IMG/VR virus record: IMGVR_UViG_3300048930_001385
Strand: one strand, 5' to 3'
Origin: an uncultured virus (IMG/VR IMGVR_UViG_3300048930_001385)
Lineage: Duplodnaviria > Heunggongvirae > Uroviricota > Caudoviricetes
DNA length: 64,000 bases
Part shown: positions 1 through 9,901 of the stretch, in pieces
Layout: every line of letters begins with the position of its first letter
Position numbering within the stretch: position 1 is the first letter of the stretch
Notes under the pieces: generated by a model
Told to the model about the DNA's origin: nothing
Database searches by the model: none
Seen by the model: the letters and a program-made list of their open reading frames with translations, nothing else
Position numbers and translations under genes: made by a program

Positions 1-182
1 TTGCAAGCGCGGTAAGGAGCTCCATGCTCGCAGCATCCTTCTAGGTTTCGAACGCGCTCTTTGTAGTCGGTACTGATTTTGCCCTCAAGAATCTCTCGCT
101 TAGTATACATATTTGTATCATGACGTTACCCAGAGGCGCTGTCAAGACTCAATCCAGCTCGCACACCCCATATAATTAGGAC

Positions 183-1319
183 ATGAGCAGAGGCAGAGGA
201 CAAGGCGGTGATAGGATCGGTCTGCGTTATGACCCTGTCGGGTTTCGTGCGTGGTGGGAAACCGCAGATAGGGCCCAACGCAGAGAATATGTCTGGCCGC
301 GTGATCTGTCCGGATCCGACTTGGGCGGACTAGATCTGTCTGGCATAGACTTATCCGGTGTGGATCTGAGTAGTGCCGATCTGCGTGATACTAATCTGAG
401 CGGAGCCAAATTAGACCCTAACCGCACGCAAGGGGTTCTTTGGAACCATGCAACTCGTTTTGATAATAGCTACCTCCTACACGATCAGTGTCCGATTAAT
501 CTTGCTGATTATCGTTTAGCACAATCAACTCCGACTGAAATTTTTACTGACGACAACGGCGACTATGTTAAAAGGTGGCTTGACCGCAACGGACTCATGC
601 ACCGTATTGATGGACCGGCAGAAATCATTGAGGAAACGAATACTCATGACAAGCGCATACATTACACCTGGTATCGTCATGGCCAGTGTCATCGTGACAA
701 CGACGAACCTGCTGATATTGTTGAAAAGGATGGGGTGGTTATTGAGAGACATTGGTTTACTGATGACGTACACCACCGTGAAGTCGGCCCTGCAGAGATA
801 GTTGAGGACGAGGAAGGGGTACTTGAGTCCTGGATGTATCATGGCGTAGCGCATCGTCCAGACGGCGGCCCAACCCTGATTAACCGCACGCGAGCAGGTC
901 AGCTGCTCAATAGATCATATTCTCATCAAGGCGGAACACACCGTGACGAGGGGCCTGCTCGTGAAGAATGGAATGAGCAGGGAGTGAAAATCAAGGAGGA
1001 GTGGTGGCAGCATCGCCAGCTCCACCGTGAGGATGCTCCCGCGAGAACTCTCTGGAATGACCAGGGGGAGATTGAGCGCGAGATCTGGTGCTGTCAGGGC
1101 AGAGTGTCAAGAGACGATGGGCCTGCTGAAATTCATTACTACCCGAACGGTATTGTTAAGAGTGAGGTGTGGCGTCGGGGTGGGGTATACCATCGGGAGA
1201 ATGGTCCGGCGGAGATTCTCTACACACCTGAAGGAAATAAGCAATCCGAACGATGGGCTCTGAATGGTGAGTATTATGCTGGAGGACCAAACGGTGAACT
1301 CAGGCGAGATTATTATTAA
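183..1319 (+). CDS. Pentapeptide-repeat + MORN-like/YwqK-like (HRxDGPA) repeat protein with N-terminal MSRGR tag
   Basis: 378-aa ORF; DLSGxDL pentapeptide repeats followed by repeated HR.DGPA..W units; TATAAT 6 nt before ATG; paralog of 42314..43354. Confidence 0.85.
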   Translation: MSRGRGQGGDRIGLRYDPVGFRAWWETADRAQRREYVWPRDLSGSDLGGLDLSGIDLSGVDLSSADLRDTNLSGAKLDPNRTQGVLWNHATRFDNSYLLHDQCPINLADYRLAQSTPTEIFTDDNGDYVKRWLDRNGLMHRIDGPAEIIEETNTHDKRIHYTWYRHGQCHRDNDEPADIVEKDGVVIERHWFTDDVHHREVGPAEIVEDEEGVLESWMYHGVAHRPDGGPTLINRTRAGQLLNRSYSHQGGTHRDEGPAREEWNEQGVKIKEEWWQHRQLHREDAPARTLWNDQGEIEREIWCCQGRVSRDDGPAEIHYYPNGIVKSEVWRRGGVYHRENGPAEILYTPEGNKQSERWALNGEYYAGGPNGELRRDYY

Positions 1320-1330
1320 CACTGACTAGT

Positions 1331-1627
1331 TCAGTCAATCACCCAGTGACGACACCACTTACTGTTGATCTCTTCAAACGGATAAGAGAGCAATTCGGGG
1401 GCCTCGGGGTCAAACTGACGTGCGGTGCCGTCATACACGATTCCATCAACCAGGGTTACGTAGTGACTAATACACCGGCTCAGTCCCTTCTCAAAGAACT
1501 CTTGCCACCTCTCATCGACTCGTTCGGGGTCAACGTCAACAGGGTCAGCGACCTGTACCAGCTGACCGCCATTCGCATCGGCCCAAGCTCTTGCCCAATC
1601 GTAGCACCTGTCAAAACCATTATCCAT
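1331..1627 (-). CDS. hypothetical protein
   Basis: 98-aa ORF with protein-like composition, fills the gap between convergent genes. Confidence 0.6.
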   Translation of the reverse strand: MDNGFDRCYDWARAWADANGGQLVQVADPVDVDPERVDERWQEFFEKGLSRCISHYVTLVDGIVYDGTARQFDPEAPELLSYPFEEINSKWCRHWVID

Positions 1628-1956
1628 AACGTAGATATCGGCCTCTGCGAGAATGTTCTTGAGGCCAACTACTCGCTTGCAAGAAGCTGGAGTCGCTCGC
1701 CGAGTGCGATAATGCTCTGCCGGATCGGCTCCTTGTCAGTGATACCATGCGCTAAGAGGTCGTGCTTCTCTAGCCATTCTAGGAATGGATCAACAAGGGG
1801 CAGATATTTTGTCGCCAGTCGCTTCGCACGCGGCATATTCTCGTCTGGTGTCCAGTGGAGGCTTCCAGCATTATCAATATAGTCCACGAGTTTTACAAGG
1901 TAGGTGCCACTGTCAGAAGCGATCTTCACGACTACTCGGCGACAATATTCAGCGAA

Positions 1957-3980
1957 GGACTATTTATGATAAATTCACACATATTTGCGCTGAAAAAACG
2001 TCATGTGTTTCTTGCGCATAGAGCGGTTGTTATTTCTTGTTCTTTAGCTGGTTTTGTGATTGTTTCGTAAAAGAGGAATATGGTCATGATTGTTTGCTAA
2101 TATTTAGTATATGAAATTGCTTGCCCATCATAAAATGATTACGGACTTTAGGCGGCAAACTCCTTTGTCTTATTTTGAGTGTTTCCGTGTTTTAAAAATA
2201 TCAGGATGGGATTCAAAAGAGGCTCAAATAAAAGCCAGGGTTATCTATGATTACAAAATGGGTTATAGGTAAAAAAATAACTATCTGGTAAAACCAATTA
2301 CCGATTACTCCTGTTTACTTTGATATAATTATAGTATGAGTAATACTCATGTTATCAAAATCCCACTTCTGCTTGAAGAATGGGAAAAGAGTGAAATTGA
2401 CCGACGCTTTTACGCGCAGGGAACACTTTATAATGCTATCTTATTAACCTATTTGGAACGCATTGATCGATATCGCTCTCATCCAATAAGTCAACTAACG
2501 AGCAGCAAGGCTAATAATGAACGAAAGAATAAACTCAAGAAGAATATTGGATTATCAAAGTTTGATGTTCAAAAACTAGCTGGTAAGATAGCGAGAAGAT
2601 CAAAAAATCATTTATATGATGGGCTCACAGTAAATGAAACCGCTAGCAGGGCTCATCGAGCTTGTCAGAAATATTTGAAAACAGGAGCTTGCAAGCCTGC
2701 TGTCAAGAATCCTTATCACAATCATACGGTAATAGGATCTGGTATTCGTCAAAACCTGAGACTTGTGATGAGAGAAGAAGGTGGCCCAAAGCGCAAAAGC
2801 CAGATCAAAAGAACCCTTATCAATCCTGACTTGTTCGAGACTCATGATGATATTCACAATCTTTATCTATCATGGACTGGTCGCTTAGCTAATGAGAAAC
2901 TTCTTATGCGTATTGACTGGAATAGCATATCTCAGGTTAGGAGACAGTATTTCATCAAACATTTGAACAAGCTAGCCCAAACTGGCATTACGAAAGAACT
3001 CATCCGTGGTGAATGGAAGTATTATGCATTATTAGTTATAAATACTCCAGCTTATCGCAATAGTGACGATGAGAGAGACATGAAGGAAAAGACCGGTAAG
3101 AATATAGCTCTAGATACTGGACCTTATAGATCCCATACAGTAGATAGTGATAATCAATCATCAGAGATTACACCGTCCAAAGAGTTTATTACTAAGTACA
3201 AGACAGTAGAGGAGAAGATCAAAACTAAACAAAGAACAATAGAAAGATCCAGACGAGCTAATCCTAATTACCAAGAGAATTATAATCCGGATGGGACTAT
3301 AAAGAAAGGAGTAAGGTTTGACCCAGAACTCCGTTCTAATAATGCTAAAAAAGCAGGCCAAGAATTATACGAGTTGAACCGTAAACGATTAGCTATTCGA
3401 GATGAACTCATTCGTTATGAAGTCAAAGAGCTAGTTCGCGCTTACGATCAAGTCATTCTAGAAAAGATCAATTACTCCATATGGCAGAGACGCTATGGGA
3501 AAAGCATGCTCATACACACTCCCGGTTTGTTTCAGCATTTACTTCGCATAGAATTGGAGCGGCATAATAAAGAACTAATTATTATGCCGCTCAGGTATGC
3601 TTTCTCGCAATCATGCATATGCGGCAATAAAGTTAAGAAGAAACTGTCTAACCGTGTTCATGAGTGTGAGAATAATGACTGCTTATTATATAGCAAGCAA
3701 TACCAGCGCGATCAATTCTCAGCATGGCTTATGCTGCAATGCCATAAGCATAATCTAGCCCCTGCTGATTTACACTCAGGAAAACTACATAAACTTTTGG
3801 TATCTAAGATTAGCAATAATCAAAGAACCACTATTGAGACGCTACTGCCTCCAACCCTAGACCAAGCGAATAATACTAATATTAAACGCCGTTTAGAGCA
3901 AGACGCAATAATTCATGATAAACAAACACTACAAGCGGCAACTCAAGCTCAAACAAGTGTGAATTTATCATAAATAGTCT
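1957..3980 (+). mobile_element. TIR-bounded, transposase-less element carrying a TnpB-like nuclease
   Basis: Perfect 23-bp inverted repeats GACTATTTATGATAAATTCACAC (1958-1980) and 3957-3979; direct repeat TTCAGCGAA at 1948-1956 and 3980-3988; markedly AT-richer than the flanks. Confidence 0.9.
2336..3973 (+). CDS. tnpB: TnpB-like RNA-guided RuvC endonuclease
   Basis: 545 aa; RuvC-I IALDTG, RSRRANP..NYNPDGTIKKG clade motif, RuvC-II VILEK, Zn ribbon SQSCICG..HEC...C, RuvC-III RDQFSA; TATAAT-N6-ATG. Confidence 0.85.
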   Translation: MSNTHVIKIPLLLEEWEKSEIDRRFYAQGTLYNAILLTYLERIDRYRSHPISQLTSSKANNERKNKLKKNIGLSKFDVQKLAGKIARRSKNHLYDGLTVNETASRAHRACQKYLKTGACKPAVKNPYHNHTVIGSGIRQNLRLVMREEGGPKRKSQIKRTLINPDLFETHDDIHNLYLSWTGRLANEKLLMRIDWNSISQVRRQYFIKHLNKLAQTGITKELIRGEWKYYALLVINTPAYRNSDDERDMKEKTGKNIALDTGPYRSHTVDSDNQSSEITPSKEFITKYKTVEEKIKTKQRTIERSRRANPNYQENYNPDGTIKKGVRFDPELRSNNAKKAGQELYELNRKRLAIRDELIRYEVKELVRAYDQVILEKINYSIWQRRYGKSMLIHTPGLFQHLLRIELERHNKELIIMPLRYAFSQSCICGNKVKKKLSNRVHECENNDCLLYSKQYQRDQFSAWLMLQCHKHNLAPADLHSGKLHKLLVSKISNNQRTTIETLLPPTLDQANNTNIKRRLEQDAIIHDKQTLQAATQAQTSVNLS

Positions 3981-4476
3981 TCAGCGAATTTAACGTCATC
4001 CGACTGCTTTTTCCACGACTTATCTTCAATGGGGTTCGTTACACTGGCGACAAGATGCTTGACCCTGGCTCCGTAGTCGGCCTCAAGCTCGGCAAACATC
4101 GCCTCACGCGCATCCTCCGCACTCATGCTCTGATCGCGTAGCGCCATCCACTCGTCCATGCAGTCTTCTACCACATCATGGAATGCGGCTCCGATAAGGA
4201 CGTCTTCATCGGTGACGCCATAACGGATCAGCCTCAGGACATTGCGTAGGCAATGCTCGATGTACGGTGTCTCCTCTCGTCCCTGGACAGGCTCCTTGCG
4301 TGTCTGACCATCATGAAGGACGGTGGCGAGATCACAGGCTCGTTCTAACTGGACCCAGTCTCCACTCTCGCGAATTGCTTCGCGTAGAGTGATCGCGTCC
4401 ATATGCTTGAGCTTAACCATACCTAGTGTATCGGAAGAGGGTGGGCAAACTTGAGGCCAAGTGCTAGGCTGAGGAT

Positions 4477-4908
4477 ATGCAGATTCTCCCGCCTCATACT
4501 CGAGCCGTATACCTGGGGCTGGAGAGATCACAGCGGGCTCGGGTCCTGAGTGAAGGAACAAGAGGACCTGTATATGAGGCTCTGGTGCAGGAGTTGCGAG
4601 AAGTGCCAGAAATCGGAGCCAAAAGAGCCAGGTGTCTTGCTGGAGAGGAGTGGGTGATGTGGCTCAGACACTGGCAGAACAATCTTTACTATATAGTCAA
4701 CGAACCTGATCATCTATTAACATATCGCCAGGAAACTTATGAGCACAACAAGCTGATGGCGGGTATATTCGGTGCTCTTGGCGGTGTCGTGCTATCAGGC
4801 TCTGGACCAGAGTCTCCTAAGGAGCGGTACATGTTCACGCCATCATCGATCAGGTCGGTGCGCACTTGGGTAGTGTCCTGGCTTGATGTCGATGTGAAGA
4901 AGGTCTAG
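4477..4908 (+). CDS. HhH-motif paralog family protein
   Basis: LREVPEIGAKRA motif and C-terminal IRSVRTW; TAGGCT-N6-ATG. Confidence 0.7.
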   Translation: MQILPPHTRAVYLGLERSQRARVLSEGTRGPVYEALVQELREVPEIGAKRARCLAGEEWVMWLRHWQNNLYYIVNEPDHLLTYRQETYEHNKLMAGIFGALGGVVLSGSGPESPKERYMFTPSSIRSVRTWVVSWLDVDVKKV

Positions 4909-4925
4909 AAAAATTACTCAGTTTA

Positions 4926-5207
4926 TTACTCAGCAGCCCGAAGCTCACTCGCATAGAAGTGCCGCCGCGAGCCGAGCGCCGATACCAGCTGCCCCGCTGC
5001 CTCGTCATCACTGTCAAGCCAAAAGTCGCTGAGAGAGGCCATGGTCTCATAGGGGTCAAAATCCACCCAAAAGCGCGGCTCATCCGTCATCGCACCCTCA
5101 ATGTCAACCACTCGTCCCACCAGTCCCTGCTGATAGCGCAGCTCGCTGGTAACGACTACATTCTGTCCGAGATGAAAAGGGAGGGTCATAGTCATGGTAT
5201 CGGTCAT
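4926..5207 (-). CDS. hypothetical protein (SH3/KOW-like)
   Basis: 93-aa ORF, F.LGQ.V.V...G.VG.VV pattern. Confidence 0.6.
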   Translation of the reverse strand: MTDTMTMTLPFHLGQNVVVTSELRYQQGLVGRVVDIEGAMTDEPRFWVDFDPYETMASLSDFWLDSDDEAAGQLVSALGSRRHFYASELRAAE

Positions 5208-5216
5208 TCTGTTATT

Positions 5217-5438
5217 TTAATGAAGAGTGAGGACATCGTCATGGACAAGAAGGCTGCGCTGCTCTCCATTACGGGCGCAGACGGGGTAGTTGCCGTTCGG
5301 CAACTCTACGGCCTGCCGAAACTCATCACCATCATAGAGCTCTACCTTGCTACGGTCATGGGCGTCACCGTCCAGGTAGGACTGAACACTGTCCATATTG
5401 CGTGCGCCCACTCCGTGTAGAATAACTTCGTAAATCAT
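5217..5438 (-). CDS. hypothetical protein
   Basis: 73-aa ORF with GGAG RBS, downstream of the promoter at 5489. Confidence 0.55.
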   Translation of the reverse strand: MIYEVILHGVGARNMDSVQSYLDGDAHDRSKVELYDGDEFRQAVELPNGNYPVCARNGEQRSLLVHDDVLTLH

Positions 5439-5529
5439 CAGGACTCCGTCTCGTTAAGGCTGCCACTCCGTTTGCGGCTCAAGGAGTATATCGGCGCCCA
5501 GCCGGAGATCCCGAGGCCAACCGAGTGGC

Positions 5530-5766
5530 CTAGACGTCCCGTTCGCTGCGGATCACCTCGGACCCCGCCCGCATAGCCTGCTCAAGATTAGGGTAGACCT
5601 CGCTCCCGCGCTTACCCGCAACCTTAAGATAGTATCCCTCGTCATTTCGCCAAATCCCGATGTAATGGTACTGCCGCTCCACGGGCTGCCAGTGTTCTCG
5701 GCCATACATGCCGACAAAGCTATCTTGCTGCCAGACCTGACCCTCATGTTCTCTCGTCGTCACCAT
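5530..5766 (-). CDS. hypothetical protein
   Basis: 78-aa ORF; stop codon overlaps a GGCC box. Confidence 0.6.
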   Translation of the reverse strand: MVTTREHEGQVWQQDSFVGMYGREHWQPVERQYHYIGIWRNDEGYYLKVAGKRGSEVYPNLEQAMRAGSEVIRSERDV

Positions 5767-5769
5767 GCT

Positions 5770-7437
5770 TTAATTCTCCGCCATCCGTAGGTACACGTTT
5801 GTGAGGATACGCTGCATCGCTTCCCGCTCGGCCACGGGGGTCGATGTATCCATCATAGCCAAGGGAAACAGCATTGTCCCGCTGGCGAATGTCTCGGCTC
5901 CGCTGAGATGACGCATCATTCCACCGGCCACGGCATCAGGATTCTCGGGATCATGCCAGATTGGGGTGAAAATATCACGACTCGGGTGACCCACGGGAGG
6001 TGGTGAGTCGAACTCAATGGCGTAGGTGCCAATAGCACTACCCGCTGGAAGAGTGACACCATCCATAACGCCGGGTAGGTCTGCGGCCGAGGATGCGAGC
6101 ACGAAGGGGCGCACGAAATCGTACTCGTAACCGGTATAACCGACCCCTGAGATATTATAGTCGTTCCAATCCTGTGAACGCGAGCAAGCGCATGGAATTG
6201 TCATGTCCCATGCTGCGTACATTTTGTTACGCTTGCGGTTCATGATCACGCGGCGATAGAAAGTATTCGCTTGCAAAAACAGCATGTCCCCACCCCTGGC
6301 TCGGTAAGAGAGCAGGCGGTTATACATGGTCCCGGTGTAATACTCTGTGTGTCCCGGGAACACAAGCATACGGTACCGACGCAGGGTTGTTGGAGACATA
6401 CTTTCAAGCTCAATATCGGTCACTACCTGAATCGGGATTGCCCCAACCGCAGTGGCGGCGTTAGCCTTACGCCAGAGAAAGAATGGATTCAGCCATTCAT
6501 AATCCGCCTCACTTGACTCGGGCGTAGTCGTAATCATCGGGGCTATGATCGGAACATCGGCACCGACACGGCGGGTTCCCATGGCATACCAACTGTCCTG
6601 CCAGCCATCACTGTTCGTGTCCGGGCGATTGTAAGAGATCCATGTCAATGCAGGCATGACAATGAGCGCTGATCCATTGAGGGGCCGGTCAAGTGGAAGA
6701 GTTGAACGAACGACGACCGGTACGTTTACAGTAACCGATCCTGCCTTGACCCGGAGGCGGAGACTATCGCCCTCGGCCAGATAGGGCGCGTAGAGGCGGA
6801 AGGCTTGCGGGTCAGCGCCAAGCCACTCACCGATAGTATCCCCAGTTGATGATTGCAGTGTAATATCAACGCTCTTACGATCTGTCATGATATTGACGGG
6901 AACCCGGCTGCCTCCCGAATGGCTAACTGTCCAGTCCTTGCTCACCCAAAGAGAACGATCCTGAACAAGCACCGGATTCTCCGCACACGAACGGTTAAGC
7001 AGTGTCCGATCCGGCTTCCAGCCGTCAGCGCAAACTGTTAGCCAATACCCGCCCTGAGCAGGACTGAGGTAAGGGGCAATAATTTCTTTTTCACCGCGCC
7101 AAGTAACAAACCATCGACTTTCGCCTTGACGACAGCCCTTGGCCCCGATCTTTCTGAGGGAAGTCGTGCTCTCAGACGCTCGGATATAACCGCTCTGACG
7201 CGCGCGCAGCATGATAACTCGGCTAATCTTCTGCCCAGCCCGAGCGCAGACATGCATCCAAGCGGTATCATTTAGGCCATCACGATTTGGGGAGAAAACA
7301 ACCTGACTATGTGCGTAATCAACCGACGGAGGAGCCGGACTCTTGGGGCCGCTCGCTACCACTCGTAAATTAGCATTGGCGCTCGCGGGTAAAGCCATGA
7401 CCAGGAGCGCAATGGCGAGTACTAATCCCGACCTCAT
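5770..7437 (-). CDS. Secreted protein with N,N-dimethylformamidase beta-subunit-like domain
   Basis: Signal peptide MRSGLVLAIALLVMALPASANA; FSPNRDG motif; TWISYN, FPGHTEYYT and GGDMLFLQANTFY motifs. Confidence 0.7.
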   Translation of the reverse strand: MRSGLVLAIALLVMALPASANANLRVVASGPKSPAPPSVDYAHSQVVFSPNRDGLNDTAWMHVCARAGQKISRVIMLRARQSGYIRASESTTSLRKIGAKGCRQGESRWFVTWRGEKEIIAPYLSPAQGGYWLTVCADGWKPDRTLLNRSCAENPVLVQDRSLWVSKDWTVSHSGGSRVPVNIMTDRKSVDITLQSSTGDTIGEWLGADPQAFRLYAPYLAEGDSLRLRVKAGSVTVNVPVVVRSTLPLDRPLNGSALIVMPALTWISYNRPDTNSDGWQDSWYAMGTRRVGADVPIIAPMITTTPESSEADYEWLNPFFLWRKANAATAVGAIPIQVVTDIELESMSPTTLRRYRMLVFPGHTEYYTGTMYNRLLSYRARGGDMLFLQANTFYRRVIMNRKRNKMYAAWDMTIPCACSRSQDWNDYNISGVGYTGYEYDFVRPFVLASSAADLPGVMDGVTLPAGSAIGTYAIEFDSPPPVGHPSRDIFTPIWHDPENPDAVAGGMMRHLSGAETFASGTMLFPLAMMDTSTPVAEREAMQRILTNVYLRMAEN

Positions 7438-7778
7438 AGCCCTTCCTTCCATACTGGTGGGGCCGTGAATGGGCCGTTTGCGGCTCCACACGCGCAGCCA
7501 GCACAAATCGTCTGACAGTTAAGTGCTTGAACTTTCTCCTCAAGGCCTCCGTCAATAGTCAGCATCACCACTGACCGCTTCTTGTCTCGATTGACACTGC
7601 GCGCTCGCTGATCATGGAGGGCTGCGACGCTCCGTGGCGAGGAGCCGGTCGCCTCCATGAGCGCGATGGTTTTCGCAAGATTATCCTGACGAAGACGCTC
7701 AAGCTCTGAATTCGCCTGGGCGGAAGGGGCTGTGCTCAGGATCAGTGCACCAGTGATTGCGGGTAGCCACTTATTCAT
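7434..7778 (-). CDS. secreted hypothetical protein with Cys-rich C-terminus
   Basis: Signal-like N-terminus; CxxCxxCxC; ATG 8 nt after the CCGATA box. Confidence 0.6.
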   Translation of the reverse strand: MNKWLPAITGALILSTAPSAQANSELERLRQDNLAKTIALMEATGSSPRSVAALHDQRARSVNRDKKRSVVMLTIDGGLEEKVQALNCQTICAGCACGAANGPFTAPPVWKEGL

Positions 7779-7818
7779 ATTCAAGGTATCGGCAACAGAC
7801 TCAGTCTCTTGAGGCCAA

Positions 7819-7995
7819 CTAGTCGCGGAGGGCGCCGTAGTTGAGCATCCCCGTGAGTGTGAGCATGGCTCCGATAACAGGGTTGTTCTCTGCGAACATA
7901 AGCCACAGGCCACCTAGCACGAGCGGGAGCACCCAAATCGCGATAGTGATGATATGGATAAAGAGCTTACGGTTATTGTTCTCGGTAGTAGTCAT
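7819..7995 (-). CDS. small membrane protein
   Basis: Two hydrophobic segments; promoter at 8005. Confidence 0.55.
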   Translation of the reverse strand: MTTTENNNRKLFIHIITIAIWVLPLVLGGLWLMFAENNPVIGAMLTLTGMLNYGALRD

Positions 7996-8011
7996 CACTA
8001 TAGTTATCGTC

Positions 8012-8569
8012 CTATGAACGAGATTGCTTAAGGCCAATTGCTTGGCCAGTCTCTAACTCTTTTGCCCACCACTCACGCAGTGCTTTGATCTGCTTACGGC
8101 CAGCAGGACGCTCTGTTCTGTGACCATAATCTCGCCAACGTTCAGAAAGTCGCTGGATGATCTCTTCGGGGTACTGAATGATCGTCTCGGTAAACGTTAA
8201 TCCGTAGTGAGCGTTAGCAACCAGTGCATGGACAAGGTCCCAGGAATAGGCTGCACCGACTGAAGGCAGACTAGCTAATTTACTAGTTAAAATACCTCGG
8301 TAATAAGGATCGACAATACCCGTATAGCGAATGATTGCTGCATGAATATGGTAATAGTGATCACCATTGCTTACCCACAGGTCATTAGCCATTACAGAAT
8401 GGCTGGAAGGACTGGTATAACGGTCGTCAGGATGGCGCAGGCTATGTGGCAGGGCGAGGAAGAAAGGGCCCCGAATCCAATCATAGAGATCGTCCTCTGC
8501 CTCCCTGTCCGTCGGGCTACGGCGATGGAGAGAGGCGGGGTCGGCGAGAGGTGAATGGGAAATGTTCAC
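8012..8569 (-). CDS. HhH-motif paralog family protein
   Basis: LASLPSVGAAYSWDL ... IKALREWW; TATATT-N6-GTG. Confidence 0.75.
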   Translation of the reverse strand: MNISHSPLADPASLHRRSPTDREAEDDLYDWIRGPFFLALPHSLRHPDDRYTSPSSHSVMANDLWVSNGDHYYHIHAAIIRYTGIVDPYYRGILTSKLASLPSVGAAYSWDLVHALVANAHYGLTFTETIIQYPEEIIQRLSERWRDYGHRTERPAGRKQIKALREWWAKELETGQAIGLKQSRS

Positions 8570-8587
8570 TCTCTCAATATAGCACTA

Positions 8588-8998
8588 TCAAGGCTCGTTA
8601 ATCACCGTGGCCTTGCGGTACGAGTGAGGGCCGCGATCAAGACCACAGAGCTGCTGAAGTGTTTGTGGGGTCCCATACCGGCGTGCCTGCGTAACCTGGA
8701 GAGCAGTCACACTCTTCGCCGGCTTCGGATGATTGAAATAAGTATAGAGTGATCGTAGCTCACGCGGGTCGGCGTGATCCAGAGCCTGCGCCGGAGTGAC
8801 ACCGATCAGCGAACCCGGACCAACGATAAATTCACCAAGTACAACCTTATCGGGATAGGTCGCGTAGACCAGCACCCTGTCGCCGGGCTTCGCACCCATC
8901 TTCACACGGCGGTACTCGTGGAGCTTGGTGCCGTTCAGTAGCTCCTCCGCATACCAGCGATGGAGGGACACGAGCCATGTTGTTTGCTGATTACTCAT
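8588..8998 (-). CDS. ASCH-domain protein
   Basis: SLHRWYAEELLNGTKLHEYRR...GDRVLVYAT ASCH signature. Confidence 0.8.
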   Translation of the reverse strand: MSNQQTTWLVSLHRWYAEELLNGTKLHEYRRVKMGAKPGDRVLVYATYPDKVVLGEFIVGPGSLIGVTPAQALDHADPRELRSLYTYFNHPKPAKSVTALQVTQARRYGTPQTLQQLCGLDRGPHSYRKATVINEP

Positions 8999-9287
8999 TA
9001 GCATCACCATTGCACAGGCGATGCTCAACCTGCTGTCCGGGCTTCATAGAATTCGCCTTCTCCACAGTAGTATATTCAGTCCATGTATGCCCATTGCGAT
9101 GATACGTAATGATATACGCATTATTCTCGCGATAGGAGCTAGTGCCAACAGGATTAGGATTGGCCCCAACGCTCACAACACTTGAAGTGGTCATGATGCA
9201 TGGATTCTTTGCATGATACCACTCTATTGCCCCGAAAAATATGGCACCGATAACGAGGGTTAGCGCAAGTGTCCCGGTAGCACTCAT
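8991..9287 (-). CDS. membrane-anchored hypothetical protein
   Basis: N-terminal TM segment; GGAG RBS. Confidence 0.6.
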   Translation of the reverse strand: MSATGTLALTLVIGAIFFGAIEWYHAKNPCIMTTSSVVSVGANPNPVGTSSYRENNAYIITYHRNGHTWTEYTTVEKANSMKPGQQVEHRLCNGDANE

Positions 9288-9380
9288 TCTTGGCTCCTTG
9301 GTGGTACAACAGCTTCTATACACCCTATCGGCTAGGATTCCAGCGAGCCTTAGGCCAGTATGCTGGCCTTCTATCCAAAC

Positions 9381-9806
9381 TCAGGCTACAGCTGGCGTAT
9401 CCATCTCGTACACCACACGATCCCAGTGCCTTCGCACGCAGTAGATCCCAACCTGACCCGGTGAGTCGACGGGCATAAGATAGCCCCCATACGTTCGCGG
9501 AGCCCGGTTCTTGCGCTTGATTGAGTGAAGCTCAAGAATACTCCTTCCCAGATTAGTAGGGTAGACAAGATCGGTGGAATGGCGATATCCGGCGATGGTG
9601 CGCACGGGGGCGATGGTGATTAGCTCCATAGCCTGCAGGTCGCTGAAAATCTCCTTGACAATATCAACAGCGCACTCCTGGATCTCGACGAGATAGTTGC
9701 AGACGTCGGCCTCATTCATTTCACCGCCATCAACAATATACTCCATCGCGAGACAGTGCATGTCAGTCAGCTGGGGAGGGGCAAGCGGGAAAAGTCGCGG
9801 TGTCAT
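9381..9806 (-). CDS. hypothetical protein (possible winged helix)
   Basis: 141-aa ORF between two promoter elements. Confidence 0.6.
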   Translation of the reverse strand: MTPRLFPLAPPQLTDMHCLAMEYIVDGGEMNEADVCNYLVEIQECAVDIVKEIFSDLQAMELITIAPVRTIAGYRHSTDLVYPTNLGRSILELHSIKRKNRAPRTYGGYLMPVDSPGQVGIYCVRRHWDRVVYEMDTPAVA

Positions 9807-9901
9807 GATGGATAGCCTTTCGGTTTGGCGTTCTCAGTACGGTATATCGTTCATTCCGGGTTAGTCATGAGGCCAAAATCGTGGCCGCCAAGCTCTCTGA
9901 T

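Larger units (their letters stand above)
1669..4420 (-). pseudogene. HD-domain hydrolase (RelA/SpoT/Mesh1-like) split by an inserted element; 5' part 4420..~3981, 3' part ~1947..1669
   Basis: H-x-GQ-x-RK...PYIEH...AAFHDVVED in the 5' part and LVKLVDYIDN in the 3' part. Removing the insert plus one TSD copy restores the frame DDVKFAE|YCRRVVVKIASD. Leaderless ATG 8 nt after the CCGATA box. Confidence 0.85.

Noticed and set aside
1957..3980. Type V CRISPR-Cas (Cas12f-like) locus
   Set aside because: No repeat-spacer array or cas1/cas2 is visible; the TIR/TSD context points to a transposon-borne TnpB.
3968..4561. ORF-track starts that extend through promoter elements (e.g. 4561, 7913, 26029, 32929, 33373, 34398, 63997)
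   Set aside because: Downstream ATGs at the 8-nt leaderless position or with an RBS are more plausible, so starts were trimmed.
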